From the NCBI GenBank assembly GCA_040285855.1, contig JAUFOQ010000003.1:124001-188000 (forward strand): a stretch of 64,000 bases of DNA. The letters are read 5' to 3'. A program made the translations under genes and the position numbers. Position 1 is the first letter of the stretch; each line of letters opens with the position of its first letter. A model generated the notes under the pieces. The model ran no database searches, had not been told where the DNA came from, and saw nothing but the letters and a program-made list of their open reading frames with translations. Of this stretch, positions 13,620 to 24,620 are shown one piece after another. This DNA is from Eukaryota sp. GEM-RC1 (Eukaryota).

Positions 13620-15365
13620 TGTCCAACACACAACAACACAATTTTGTCTATTCTGCATAAATATTACAAAATCATAACACCAGTTGTTTCTGGACATCGC
13701 AACTATAAAATAAAGACAAATCAAATGCAATTAAGTCAACAATGGACCACAACACATTTCCTTACCATCTTCTCTACATCGTAAATGTCAAAGCAAGGAC
13801 TGTCGTCATATTCTTTTCTTGATCTACTTTTGAAGAAGAATATACAGCGTACAAGAAATTATTTCTTCCTCCACAACAACGTCTGACTCCTCGTCTTATT
13901 CTAAAGCAAAATCTGATGTTTGTCATTATTATTTTACCTGACCTGATTACACAGTTTTTCTAAGGTAAAGAGAAGATGTCTTTTTGTATTACAGATTGTA
14001 GTACAAAAGTATGTGAACCAAAACGACCTTCAACTGACACAATGGAATTCCATCTTAATTCATCGAAAGCGTATATGGGATGAACAAACCAGATGTTTGT
14101 TTAGTATTTGAAATAGCGAATACAGTCTTCAAAACGTCTTCTCTTTTAATTCTTTTTCTTGAGTTTCTTCTGTGTGGTTAGAACATGAACATATTATTTA
14201 AAAAAACACATCTGATTACGGTATATTTCTACCCAAGAGAATCCTTACCTCGGGTAATATACCTTCAATTAAAGACAAAGACTGTTGATAGTAGATTCCG
14301 TGAACCTTCTTGAAAATATAATATGTCAATCAAACAGCAATACATCAGAAACTTTTTGAGAAAAAATACTACACTATCGTATTTACTTAAAGTTCAGTTC
14401 GTACTGTATTATAATTTTTGTTCTGGAGTGTCGGGGGATATAACAACTAGTCAAACATTTCGTTATAAGTTGAGTTTCATGCCTGAATCAGGTGAGTATA
14501 GGAAAATTTTCTGGTTATTATATGTTCATAGTTAATTTTTAAAAAAAGAAGCTGTTACGACTGTAGTATTGTATATCATTGGGACCAGTATAGAAGAGCT
14601 CACTGGACACTGATTGAGCTACATATGTTTTTGAAGAGCTATACGATCAAGGAAACAGAGTCGTACTGCATTGTGTTTCTCATTCTCTTATACTTTGATT
14701 GCGAGCAACCAAAGTGAAAACAAAAGGTCAAACATTAATACTGAGAATTGCTTTTAATATAGTATGATTGAGATAAATCCGTATTTCTTTAAAGCGAAAG
14801 AAATACGGAAAGTGAAGAAATCAAAGATCTTCTTCAAGACTTGAGATCACAGTAAAAGAAAGACAATAGCCACACTGGTAACGTCTATAAAAGAAGGACA
14901 AGAATTTCTTGCAACTCATAGTGACTCAGCATTCGAAAGATTAAAATATCCACCAGAGAATCATGAAACTACGGATCGTCAACAATATCGATGGTGATTG
15001 TAATGAAGGATGAAGGTTGAAAAGTAAAGTAAATAGAATTATGTGTAACTCGGTAAGGAAACCAACAAAATAATGAACGAAAGAGATCCCGAGACTGACC
15101 AAACAAATAGAAACGAAAAAGAAAACGAATACAGTAAGGATAAATATATGGAGCAAGGAATCGGTTCAGGTCAAAATGAGAGTTTTTCCTTAAGGGCAAT
15201 TGGACATAACGAGAGGGGGACTCTACCACTAATTTACTACACTGTAGTCTAGTAGATATAAGTTTAGTTGACAGACTGTGGAAAAAAGCTGTTGAAGGGG
15301 TTTTTAAGTGGAATAAAAAAACTTCCTTTTACTAAGTAGGCCAATCATCCCTAAATCTATCTCTT

Positions 15366-16997
15366 ATGGCAGCCAGAGAACGACGGCTGAAGTCTGTTCT
15401 TCAACGAGTATCTGATGAAGAGCAAATGAACAAGTTCCATCAAAAACTAACGACAACATCTCACAAACTTTCACACGATTCCCAAGCTGCAAATCAACTT
15501 TCATCCTGGCTTCGTCAGTATAACAAATTAGGTGATGATATCTCCAGACTTGATTCCGAACTTACCCCGTTTTCAGCTTTTATAGATTGTTCCAATACCT
15601 CCACATCAGAGTTCTCTCTTGGTTTCAGTTCTCTCTATCAATCTTACGCTGCTTCCCTTGATTCCCCTTCATCATCATCCCACTACAACTCTCTCCTCAA
15701 CTTTCTTTCCCATCATGATCTCAGTCAAACGTCACCACCAGTTAAGCCATTCTCCTTGAAACCTTATTTAATTCAATCTTCATATACCCCGCCTGATTTT
15801 ACTTCTGTTAAACGTCATTCAGTCTCATTGTACGATCAAATGACGTCAAATTTTGAAGAGCTCTTGAATTCAATGGAAGTCAATAGAAGTGTCAGCGTGG
15901 CACGTTTAGAAGATTATTTTGAAAAGGAATCGTCTTATCTTATTTCAAATTGTTCAGGTTTAGTTAAATTTAAAAAATCCTCTCTATTTATCACTTGTAA
16001 TTCTCATGATTGTTCACCAGACGAGTTCTTCGACTCTGCAAAGTCCCTTTCCGATGAAGAAATTTCTTCTAATTTATCATCTTATTTTAAAGTTTCGTTG
16101 CATGAATCACGATATTTTGTTAAACTAAAACGTTTGCAAAAAAGAAGATTAGTAGCTGTCAATGGTATTATTTCTCATTTTGATGAAAAGATCAACCAGC
16201 TGGCTTCCAGGACTAAACTTCTAATAAGAACCACTGTAGAGAATCTCAAACAAATGAAACAACGTCGTTTGCAAAATGAAGAATTCAAACATTTTGTTGA
16301 TCATTGGAAGAAAATAGCTTCGGATTACCGGGTTTCACATGATAAAGTTGAGGAAATTATATTGAAGAAATTTAAATATTTCTGTTCCGATCTTCAAAAA
16401 AGAGAACGTAATGAATTATTCCTGAAATCTCAGCTTCAATTTGTAATTAAAGGTCTTCTTTTGGCTCTAAATCACGACAAACAAATATTTAATATTTCTG
16501 ATAGTGTAGCTAAACGTCAACTAAACCGCCAGAAAAAGGAATTAATGGACGAAACTCTACTCAAATGTAAAGAACGAACTCTGTATCGTTTAAATTTGTG
16601 GACCCAAAAGATGGAAAGTTTACGTCAACTCCAAAATCAAACTGATCATGACAGGCAATCACAAGAAGAGACTCTACTTCGAATTATTGATGGTGTTAGA
16701 CCGACAGTTTCAAAAGATCCTTCACGAACCTTTGGACACACTCAAACCTCTCTTCTACGTCATCAAAAGGTCGAAATCGACCAATCAAGTTCATTTTCTT
16801 CTTTTTTGAATACTTTTTCTGACAATCAACTGTTCAAAGATTGTCGATTACCTTTGTTGATTGCTTTATCAGAACACAATCTTTTGTCAAATCCCAGTGC
16901 TTTACAAGCTTTTAACTCTGCACCGAGAGCTACTAATCCACGAGTAGACATGTTTTCAACCGATCAATTGGATGGAATGGTCAGAAATTTAAAATAG
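15366..16997 (+). CDS. coiled-coil protein, CCDC148-like
   Basis: Intact 543-aa ORF; C-terminal DPSR..T / QLFKD.RL.L..AL.E / PR.D..ST pattern resembles CCDC148. Confidence 0.6.
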   Translation: MAARERRLKSVLQRVSDEEQMNKFHQKLTTTSHKLSHDSQAANQLSSWLRQYNKLGDDISRLDSELTPFSAFIDCSNTSTSEFSLGFSSLYQSYAASLDSPSSSSHYNSLLNFLSHHDLSQTSPPVKPFSLKPYLIQSSYTPPDFTSVKRHSVSLYDQMTSNFEELLNSMEVNRSVSVARLEDYFEKESSYLISNCSGLVKFKKSSLFITCNSHDCSPDEFFDSAKSLSDEEISSNLSSYFKVSLHESRYFVKLKRLQKRRLVAVNGIISHFDEKINQLASRTKLLIRTTVENLKQMKQRRLQNEEFKHFVDHWKKIASDYRVSHDKVEEIILKKFKYFCSDLQKRERNELFLKSQLQFVIKGLLLALNHDKQIFNISDSVAKRQLNRQKKELMDETLLKCKERTLYRLNLWTQKMESLRQLQNQTDHDRQSQEETLLRIIDGVRPTVSKDPSRTFGHTQTSLLRHQKVEIDQSSSFSSFLNTFSDNQLFKDCRLPLLIALSEHNLLSNPSALQAFNSAPRATNPRVDMFSTDQLDGMVRNLK

Positions 16998-18726
16998 TGT
17001 TGATATTTACTTTTGTAAATCAACGTCTACATCAGCTTGTACTCATGCAGGATTTGTATTAGACTTGACTTCTCCAGACTTCTGATGACTGGTTCTGTTG
17101 GTTAGCCCAGTTTTTAGATTTCGAATACTGATTGAAAAGCAGAAATTTCAATTATTTGGGTAATTGGTGGAGAGTTTTCAATCTCAATTTTGTTGACTCA
17201 CTTTTGTTTGATTCAAAACCGTCTGATTATGAGATTTATTTCCTTTATGTACTTAGGACCTTCTTTAAACTGAAGATCTAGTTAGAATTCAATTGTTTCT
17301 TTGTTATTGTGGTCTCCACATGAAGATTCTATAACAGAAATAATTAGGAATGTGTTCTAAGCTATTTCGAAAATTTTAAAAACAGTTGAATTTCTGGTTT
17401 TAATTTCTAAGATTCTTGAGTTTTCATTTCTCTTCACAATTCGATTAAGGTTGTTTCAAAGTGTTGATGTTACTAGTACAAATGTAGTTGAAGGATTACT
17501 CTAGGTTTTGGTTATGATTTCAGGTCTTACTTTTATGTTCATGCTTAAGTGAGATGATAAGTGATGAAGCTTGTTCGTTCCATGGATGTACTCTACAATT
17601 CCTTTTTCTATTAAAGTATGTCGATGGGAAACTAATTTCAAGAAGTCAATACTCAAACAAAGTGATTATAGGGATTATATATTTTTACTTTCCTAAGTTG
17701 TTGTTTTAGTTTCTTTCTGTTCAATTCTACTCACTGGTTTTGAGTCTAAGACTTGTGTCTTCCATCAAATGTCCAATCACAGAAATCACGTAGTCAGAGC
17801 TGATTACTGACATCGTTGGTAATATCCAGTATCTTTTACTTATAAAAACTTTTATATAGTCTTTTTTCCAGAAGTCTATTGGTGAATTTGAATTGTATGA
17901 TAACAAGATTGCAAAATGTTTACTTAAGCCAGAAACTGAAACTGAAAAAACTAGAACACGTAAACACAGTGAATGACATCATTAGAAGTCTTGCGAAGTT
18001 CTTCCTTGAGTTTGGGTTTTATTTTACTACTTTTTAGATTATTAGCCCCCTCTATGTTCGATTAACGATGAGCCACTTTGCAAGGAACGTTGGTATCCAC
18101 ATCGTTTACCACGACACAGAGTATTTCTTTAAATATAAGGAAATATTCAGTAATAAAGCACTAGTGAGATCATCAAAAACATAAGAGATCGATACCTCAA
18201 CTGGTGTAGTCAACACCCAAACTTACACCCAACCTGTTTTGCTCTAGGTGACCCACTTATCTTGGATGATACAAGAATATCCACTCCACCCCTCACCGAC
18301 AGTGGAATGGCCGACATCAGTCACTCAAGCGTCTTTCAACCACCCTAACAAGGTTTTGAACTTTTCAAGAGGTTTGGCGTCTTGAATTGAGAATGATCAT
18401 GGTTTAGATGTTTTGTCTATATTGAAAAAACTACATATATTTCACGTCGTGCTGTTGAGTCTTGTTGAACAGTGGTTAATTTGGTAATTTACAACAACGA
18501 AAAGTAGTAAGTTTGTTAATTCAATCGTATTGCTTCTAAAAAGGGAACTTTCTTGGAAAAATTTTTTAGATCTGACAATTGACATCAAAATCGCCAATCA
18601 CATTAACATTACTGTTTTGGGGTGGTTTTGTTAGTTTAAATCAATTACAGAAGTCTGTTTAGATAATAGACCGATTACTGTACATACAAAAATTTATATA
18701 AGCAAAGTACATACATGACATAATAC

Positions 18727-19899
18727 TTAATTCTTCTTTAAGAATCGGGAAGCAAAAGGGTTGACCATAGGAGATGATGTCTTGACAACAACTTCCGCAG
18801 GTTCGATATTGTCACAATACTGACTTTCATCAAAGTAAGTGGCATCCCCTGTCAATTTTACGTGATCAGTAAGGACAATGGATTCACCAGCGGTTCCATC
18901 GACTAATTCTAGAACGAAACCATCAGCAATACACCATTCTGCGAGACGTGATTCTCCGTCAATGTCTAAGAATGCCTTGACAATATCACACTTAGTACCA
19001 TTAACGGTCTTGGAGCCATCTTGTTCAAATTCTTCCGGAGGAAATAATATAGTTATCATACGATCTAGATTTTGCTCTGTTAACGTGTCTATCACACCTT
19101 CCCTGCAAGTTTCATTTTCATAAGGTTTTTCAAAAATCTTACCTTCATCCAATTTGTAAATGACTGAACCCCATTCAGGAAAAGACTCGTACATAGATAC
19201 GTACATGACGCGGGCTTCGTTATCGAGTGCCATTGCGTCAGCGAATACACTCTTGAAAAGGACTTGACGATGAACTACGAAATCAGGACCAACAGATTCA
19301 CAGTATTCGTCTTCATTGAAATATTTGGAATCCTTGGACAACTTTTCGTGATCAGTAAGGACAATTGGATCCTCACCTGTGTCATCGTATACTTCGAGTA
19401 CAAAACCATCAGCAATGCACCACTGCAATTCATGTGAATCTCCACCAAGGTTTACGGTTGCTTTGACAATATCACATTTTGTGCCTCCGACAGTCTTGGA
19501 GCCATCTTGTTCGAATTGTGCAGGGGGCAAGAACATGGCCAGAAATGTTTCTAGGCTTGGCTTTTCCATTTCTTCATCTATGGCTTCCTTTGTGCATGTT
19601 TCAGATCCATCAGCTTTTTTAAAAACCTCATCGTCATTCAATTTGTTAATGGATGAAGGTAGTCCAGTTTGAGCAATGTATAGGACGCGAGCTTCGGAAT
19701 CGATAGCCATGGTCTCCCAAATTCCACCTTTGAAGAGGACCTGGCGATGAACTTCGACTTCACTGCCACGTAACAAGAACACGACGACGATGACAATGAT
19801 AGCGATGGCAAGTAAGGCGGCACCGATAATGACAAAGAACTTCTTGTTGTTCTTGGTTTGATACTGAGGTTGTTGAGCTTGGTTTTGAGAGGAATACAT
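18727..19899 (-). CDS. type II membrane protein with two tandem 159-aa Cys-containing domains
   Basis: N-terminal TM anchor; VHRQVLFK...FEQDGSKTVxGTKCDIVKA...WCIADGFVLE...IVLTDH occurs twice with a 477-bp period. Confidence 0.85.
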   Translation of the reverse strand: MYSSQNQAQQPQYQTKNNKKFFVIIGAALLAIAIIVIVVVFLLRGSEVEVHRQVLFKGGIWETMAIDSEARVLYIAQTGLPSSINKLNDDEVFKKADGSETCTKEAIDEEMEKPSLETFLAMFLPPAQFEQDGSKTVGGTKCDIVKATVNLGGDSHELQWCIADGFVLEVYDDTGEDPIVLTDHEKLSKDSKYFNEDEYCESVGPDFVVHRQVLFKSVFADAMALDNEARVMYVSMYESFPEWGSVIYKLDEGKIFEKPYENETCREGVIDTLTEQNLDRMITILFPPEEFEQDGSKTVNGTKCDIVKAFLDIDGESRLAEWCIADGFVLELVDGTAGESIVLTDHVKLTGDATYFDESQYCDNIEPAEVVVKTSSPMVNPFASRFLKKN

Positions 19900-20712
19900 G
19901 ATCTGAAGGAAGAACTGGAAAGAGAATCACACCTGGACTTCTTCTTCATAATTGATTCTACGATTTTGACTTATCCTGAACCATAAAATTTGACTTATCC
20001 TGTTCTTTTTGACTTATATTATTTTCATGCCTTTAGATGTTGATGAAATCGATTAGACAGCTCCAGCTAATTTTATGGATGCTCAAACATTTGAATAATT
20101 GAAAGAGATGGTGTCTGAGTACTGGATTTGCACTGTATTGAGGCATTCATAAACAATGCTGTTTTTGAACAATCAGAGTTTGACAGTCACATCTTATCCG
20201 TAGTCGAGCAGTAGTGCAATGAGAACAATACACTGTATTTGGAAACAGAAATGGTTATGTTTTACAATCAAAACAGTTCAAACACTGTCAATCTATCAGA
20301 AAAGTCGGGAGTCGATTCCATCCTAGAATCAGGAGGAGGAAATGAACGGTACGAAAGACATGGTTTGAAGTTTCTAACATGAACAATGTTGTGCTAAACA
20401 GGAAGATCATCCTCACTTGATCACCACCAAGTGAGACATACATTTCCAGGCAGTTCACTTCAGATAGTCCAAAAAAACCAAGAACTGAACTGCAAATGAT
20501 TCTGATAATGGAAGATCAGGTCCCGGAAGACTTAAATGTGGTTACTGCAAGAAAGAATGACACGGTATAAAGTGTTGGAGTTTATGAGGGAAGTGTGGAA
20601 ACTAACATCACAAGCCCGATAGTTATCATAGTTTAAGATGTATGTTTGTGCAAGAGTTGAAACTAATCTAAGTCAAAAGGTACATGATAAGTCAAAACCT
20701 GAAATTAATCTT

Positions 20713-21590
20713 GGGATAATTGCATTTATACCAGTGAAAATAAAAACACCTTATCATCTCTACCATACCCCTTCCAAATCTACCATACATGCTAATAAAC
20801 TGGGAAGACCACTTACCTCTTCCAATAGAAGTCAATGCTACTTATAGCTGTAAGGATGACCTTCACCTTGCTCTTATTCATGAACTCTATTTTCCAAAAT
20901 GTCGCTACGGTCATCTTACCTCAAACATCTCTGAGTGCTTCAACTCAGTTATCAAAGAAAACTGAGGGTATCCCTTAATTGAATTGAGCTGTTGGAGTGT
21001 ATACGAGAAAAGATAAGAGAACGGCAAGAAAAATATGCAGGTCAAGCCCAGAGAGCCAAAACGCCATTAGTTTTGTCAGTCATGAACGTTATGGAGAACA
21101 GAATTCAAGAAGCTAGGATTTTGGATTCACGGAAGAATGGGACCACGATTGAAGTCATTGGAAGAGGAAGAACTTATCTTGTGGAATTGGAGCAGAAACA
21201 CTGTGATTGTGGTGTCTGGCAAACTGAGGCCATTCCTTGTTCCCATGCTGCCAAAGCATTGATGTCAGAGAATGTCAAACCTTTGGAATTTGTGGATAGT
21301 TGCTTCGAAACCACAACACAGTCAAAGATTTATGACTGTTGGGTCGCCACCTAGGGACAAGAGTCAATGGGAAACTATCGCATTGACTTTAAGTCCACCT
21401 CTTGTAAGAAGAGGAGTAGGTGCTCCAAAGAAGAAGCGTACTGGTAGTTTTCTAGATCACTGAAGATACTTGTTATATATAAAAACGATTTATTGACAAA
21501 CAACTAAAGAAGCAAGAATGGTAGAAATGCAATGGGTATGGTAGATTTGGAAAATGCACACGTGTTGAATGGTATTTTTGCAAAACGCCC
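20713..21590 (+). mobile_element. Mutator-like (MULE) deletion derivative with transposase C-terminal fragment
   Basis: Imperfect TIRs GGGataaTTGCAtttATACC / GGTATttttGCAAaacgCCC; 9-bp TSD ATTAATCTT at 20704-20712 and 21591-21599; TSNISECFNS motif and SWIM finger CDCGVWQ...PCSHA. Confidence 0.88.
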
Positions 21591-21599
21591 ATTAATCTT

Positions 21600-21741
21600 T
21601 CATGATTTCAAAAGCTCTCTTAGCTCTCAGTGTTTTTTATGAGGAAAAAGCGGATGTGAGGTTTAATGACAATGATTGTTGCTTTAATGATATTGAGTTT
21701 TAGTATTTGTGTATATTTTAGTGTTTTTGTTCCATTAAAAC
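21600..21741 (+). mobile_element. 3' end of RLE non-LTR retrotransposon, family B
   Basis: Matches the reverse complement of about 37765-37898 (..MISKALLALxVFYEEKADV.FN.NDCCFNDIEF*). Confidence 0.8.
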
Positions 21742-23036
21742 CATGGAACGCAAATGTTCCGTACCGGAGCGATTTTCGGCGTACCGTACCGTACCGTACG
21801 GACGGACGTACGGGACGTGTACCGGTACTGTACTTTTGATCGACTAAAATACATTATTACTATTTTGAGCATGATGATCCATGTCTTTGTGGTCGTTCAA
21901 AGGCTTCAAATTTTCATCATTTAGTTAACTGCCATCAATTTATTCATTTTCGATCAATAATCCATAACAGTATCCGGGATACATGTTTAGATATGTTTAA
22001 GGCTAATGGTTTTCATGGAAAAATTGAACCTTTACTTACCTTTACTTGCTAATCTTTCTGATCAGCTAAAAGTTGATAGAAGTCGTGGTGATTTGATTGG
22101 TCCTTGGTTATCTTGTCAGGAAATTATTATGGATTTCACGACTGTTGATCCTTGTAATTCAAGATCAATTTCCAAAAATTTTGATGATGATTTTTCTGCT
22201 CTTGAAGTGGCTGAAAAAGGAAAAAATTCAAAGTACTGTCACTTAATTAACCAATTGAATGTTGACAGGTACAATTCTTTTGTGTTTCAACCTTTTGCGA
22301 TGTCGATATACGGTAATATTGGACCAGCTGCACAAGGTTTTTTAACCTCCTTTGGTAAATTGTGTTCTGAGTATGGTAAAGCTTTCAATGAAAATTTTTG
22401 GTTGAGTAGGTTAACGTTTGCGTTGTTCCGTTCAATGCATAGATATTTTAATTCAATTTTAGGTAAGTTGTTCGGTGATGGACAGAAGGATCATAGTTTA
22501 GATACTTTAGTTAGTCTCTGTTAGTTATTAACTTCTGCAAATGCATTTATTTCACTGACTGATCATAAACCCCGTTTTTGATGATCCAATATGAGATTTT
22601 AACAGTTACCATCGTCATGTATTCCACTGTTAGACATGGCTCAGGATATCAAGATCACGATTGTTACACTTAGTCAAATTTGGGGTACATCATTAATGGT
22701 CACAACTTTCCCAAAATGACATTAGTTCACACGAAACTGATGAATCACATAAAATCAACAACAATATCATCTTCAACTTACAGTGCAATAAACGAGTGAG
22801 TACTACGAAATATACCATAACAAAGAGCCCAAAAACCCAAAAATTGTATGTCTAAACTATTAGAATGCACAAAAGCCAATTGCAATAGTACTATGTTTGA
22901 CGATGGAATAAACTTCCACTCCAAAATTTGTATTTGTAATTCATTTTAGGTCATTCATAAATAGGCTTCAAATAAAATCAAATCACATCGGTACGGATAA
23001 ACAAAATCGGTACGTACCACAGATTTGCGCACATTG
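21742..23036. mobile_element. hAT-type MITE interrupted by a retrotransposon
   Basis: Ends CATGGAACGCAAAT / ATTTGCGCACATTG; 8-bp TSD ATTAAAAC at 21734-21741 and 23037-23044; empty-site relative at 7788-8355. Confidence 0.85.
21882..22578 (+). mobile_element. 5'-truncated RLE non-LTR retrotransposon, family A (endonuclease ORF 22006-22524)
   Basis: RGDLI...IMDFTTV...AEKGKNSKY...FQPFAMSIYG is the PD-(D/E)XK RLE pattern; 10-bp TSD TGATGATCCA at 21872-21881 and 22579-22588. Confidence 0.88.
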
Positions 23037-24620
23037 ATTAAAACAAAGTTACAGCAAAAAAAGGAAATTAATCGAAGTCAAAAGCCTCTGCTTCCATTGT
23101 CGCATTTCTAACATCAATTTGTCATCATTTAGAGTGTATCAAATAACTCAATTGTGTTAGATCTACACCACAGCGTTCTCTGAGAAAAGTATTATTTTAG
23201 AAAAGTATATTGTTGATGTCTTCCTTCTATAGATTATAGGACCATGTGTAGATGTGTATTGTGAATATACTAGTATTATCATCATTATACTCGAAGATTA
23301 CTATTTGCTTGTCTCATCGAATGAATACTGTGTTCATTTGTATAAGTCTGATAGACCCATTGTGTTAGCTCTCCAATGAATAGTCTGATTATATAATGTC
23401 TCAAGCTTAACGACAACACCCACTACACTTCATCAGCTACTTGAGAGCAACTGTCATTCTCCCTTCTCATCTTTTTGTACACCACCTTGCAATCTATATC
23501 GGGAACTGCACCATGTTATTATGACCGTCCGTTCTTTCCTTGTATGTCGCCAATCACGTTGACAAATGATGACAGTACTTTCTACTTAGAAATATCTTTC
23601 TCGATTACGTATTCCTTACCGATATAGTCTCAGTCCAATGTAGCATATGCTCCATCAGTTCAAAAATGTCACGAATGAAACTAAGGCAGTTGACTTTGCA
23701 TATTCTATCACAACTAAGCAAAATTTCAGCAAAATTTCTTCCAGCGGCTGATCAGGTCTTGAATAATCACGTCATCCAACAAGCTGTGAAAGAAAGGGTC
23801 GTTCTAATGATCTAGGAATTCCATTAATTCTGGCGTTACAAATATTACCATGAGAAAGTCCAGAAATTGTTAGGATAATAATTACTGAACATCAGTTATT
23901 GACGACGATAGTTTAAATGATTTATTTGTGAGGTTAAATGAGATTTCCATATATCAAACACATATAATTGTGTGTTTATTGTATTTTTAAAAGTTACCAC
24001 TGATAACATTTGCGAAACTTCATTGTTCGATTATTTCTTAGAACCTCTAGTAATTTATGTGTTACAAACTCAACAATTCCATTAATTTTTTAGAATTTCG
24101 TTCTCTGTATAACTACAGTCAACCCTCTAAAATTGACACACTGTACACGTTCATCAAATGAAGGTTCGTAACATACGGTCACACGGATTACGTTTTTGCC
24201 ACACCATGTGTAAGCGAACCCTATAGAATGTATAAAACAAATCAAAGTGTTCTCAACTATGCCTAGCTCTTTAGTATACTCTTGAAATACAGTGATTCAT
24301 CAAGTCCAACTTTCAGAAATACCAGTAAAACAATAACAAAATTGGCAATTTTCAAAATATTTGTAAGGAATGTCTTTAATTGTAGAGTGTCAAGAACAAA
24401 ATTGCCGTCTTCAAGATGACCAAAAATCGAGATCTTCAGTCTCCCTGTAAGTTGTTAGATTAGGTCTTGATGATTACCCGTCATAACTGTCTTAATCAAT
24501 GGAAACCAATTTCAATTGTCTCTCCTCTCCTCATCAATCAAATTCAACCCCAATAATGAATACCAATTATGTATTCGGTATCTTCAATTTGTATGAGCTG
24601 TCTTAGCTTCTCACTTCAGC

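Noticed and set aside
23200..24300. Degenerate transposase-like tracts (also about 9500-10340, 13760-15250, 17200-18550 and 39000-39300)
   Set aside because: Only vague coding-like texture; no paired ends or convincing motifs could be read without a search.
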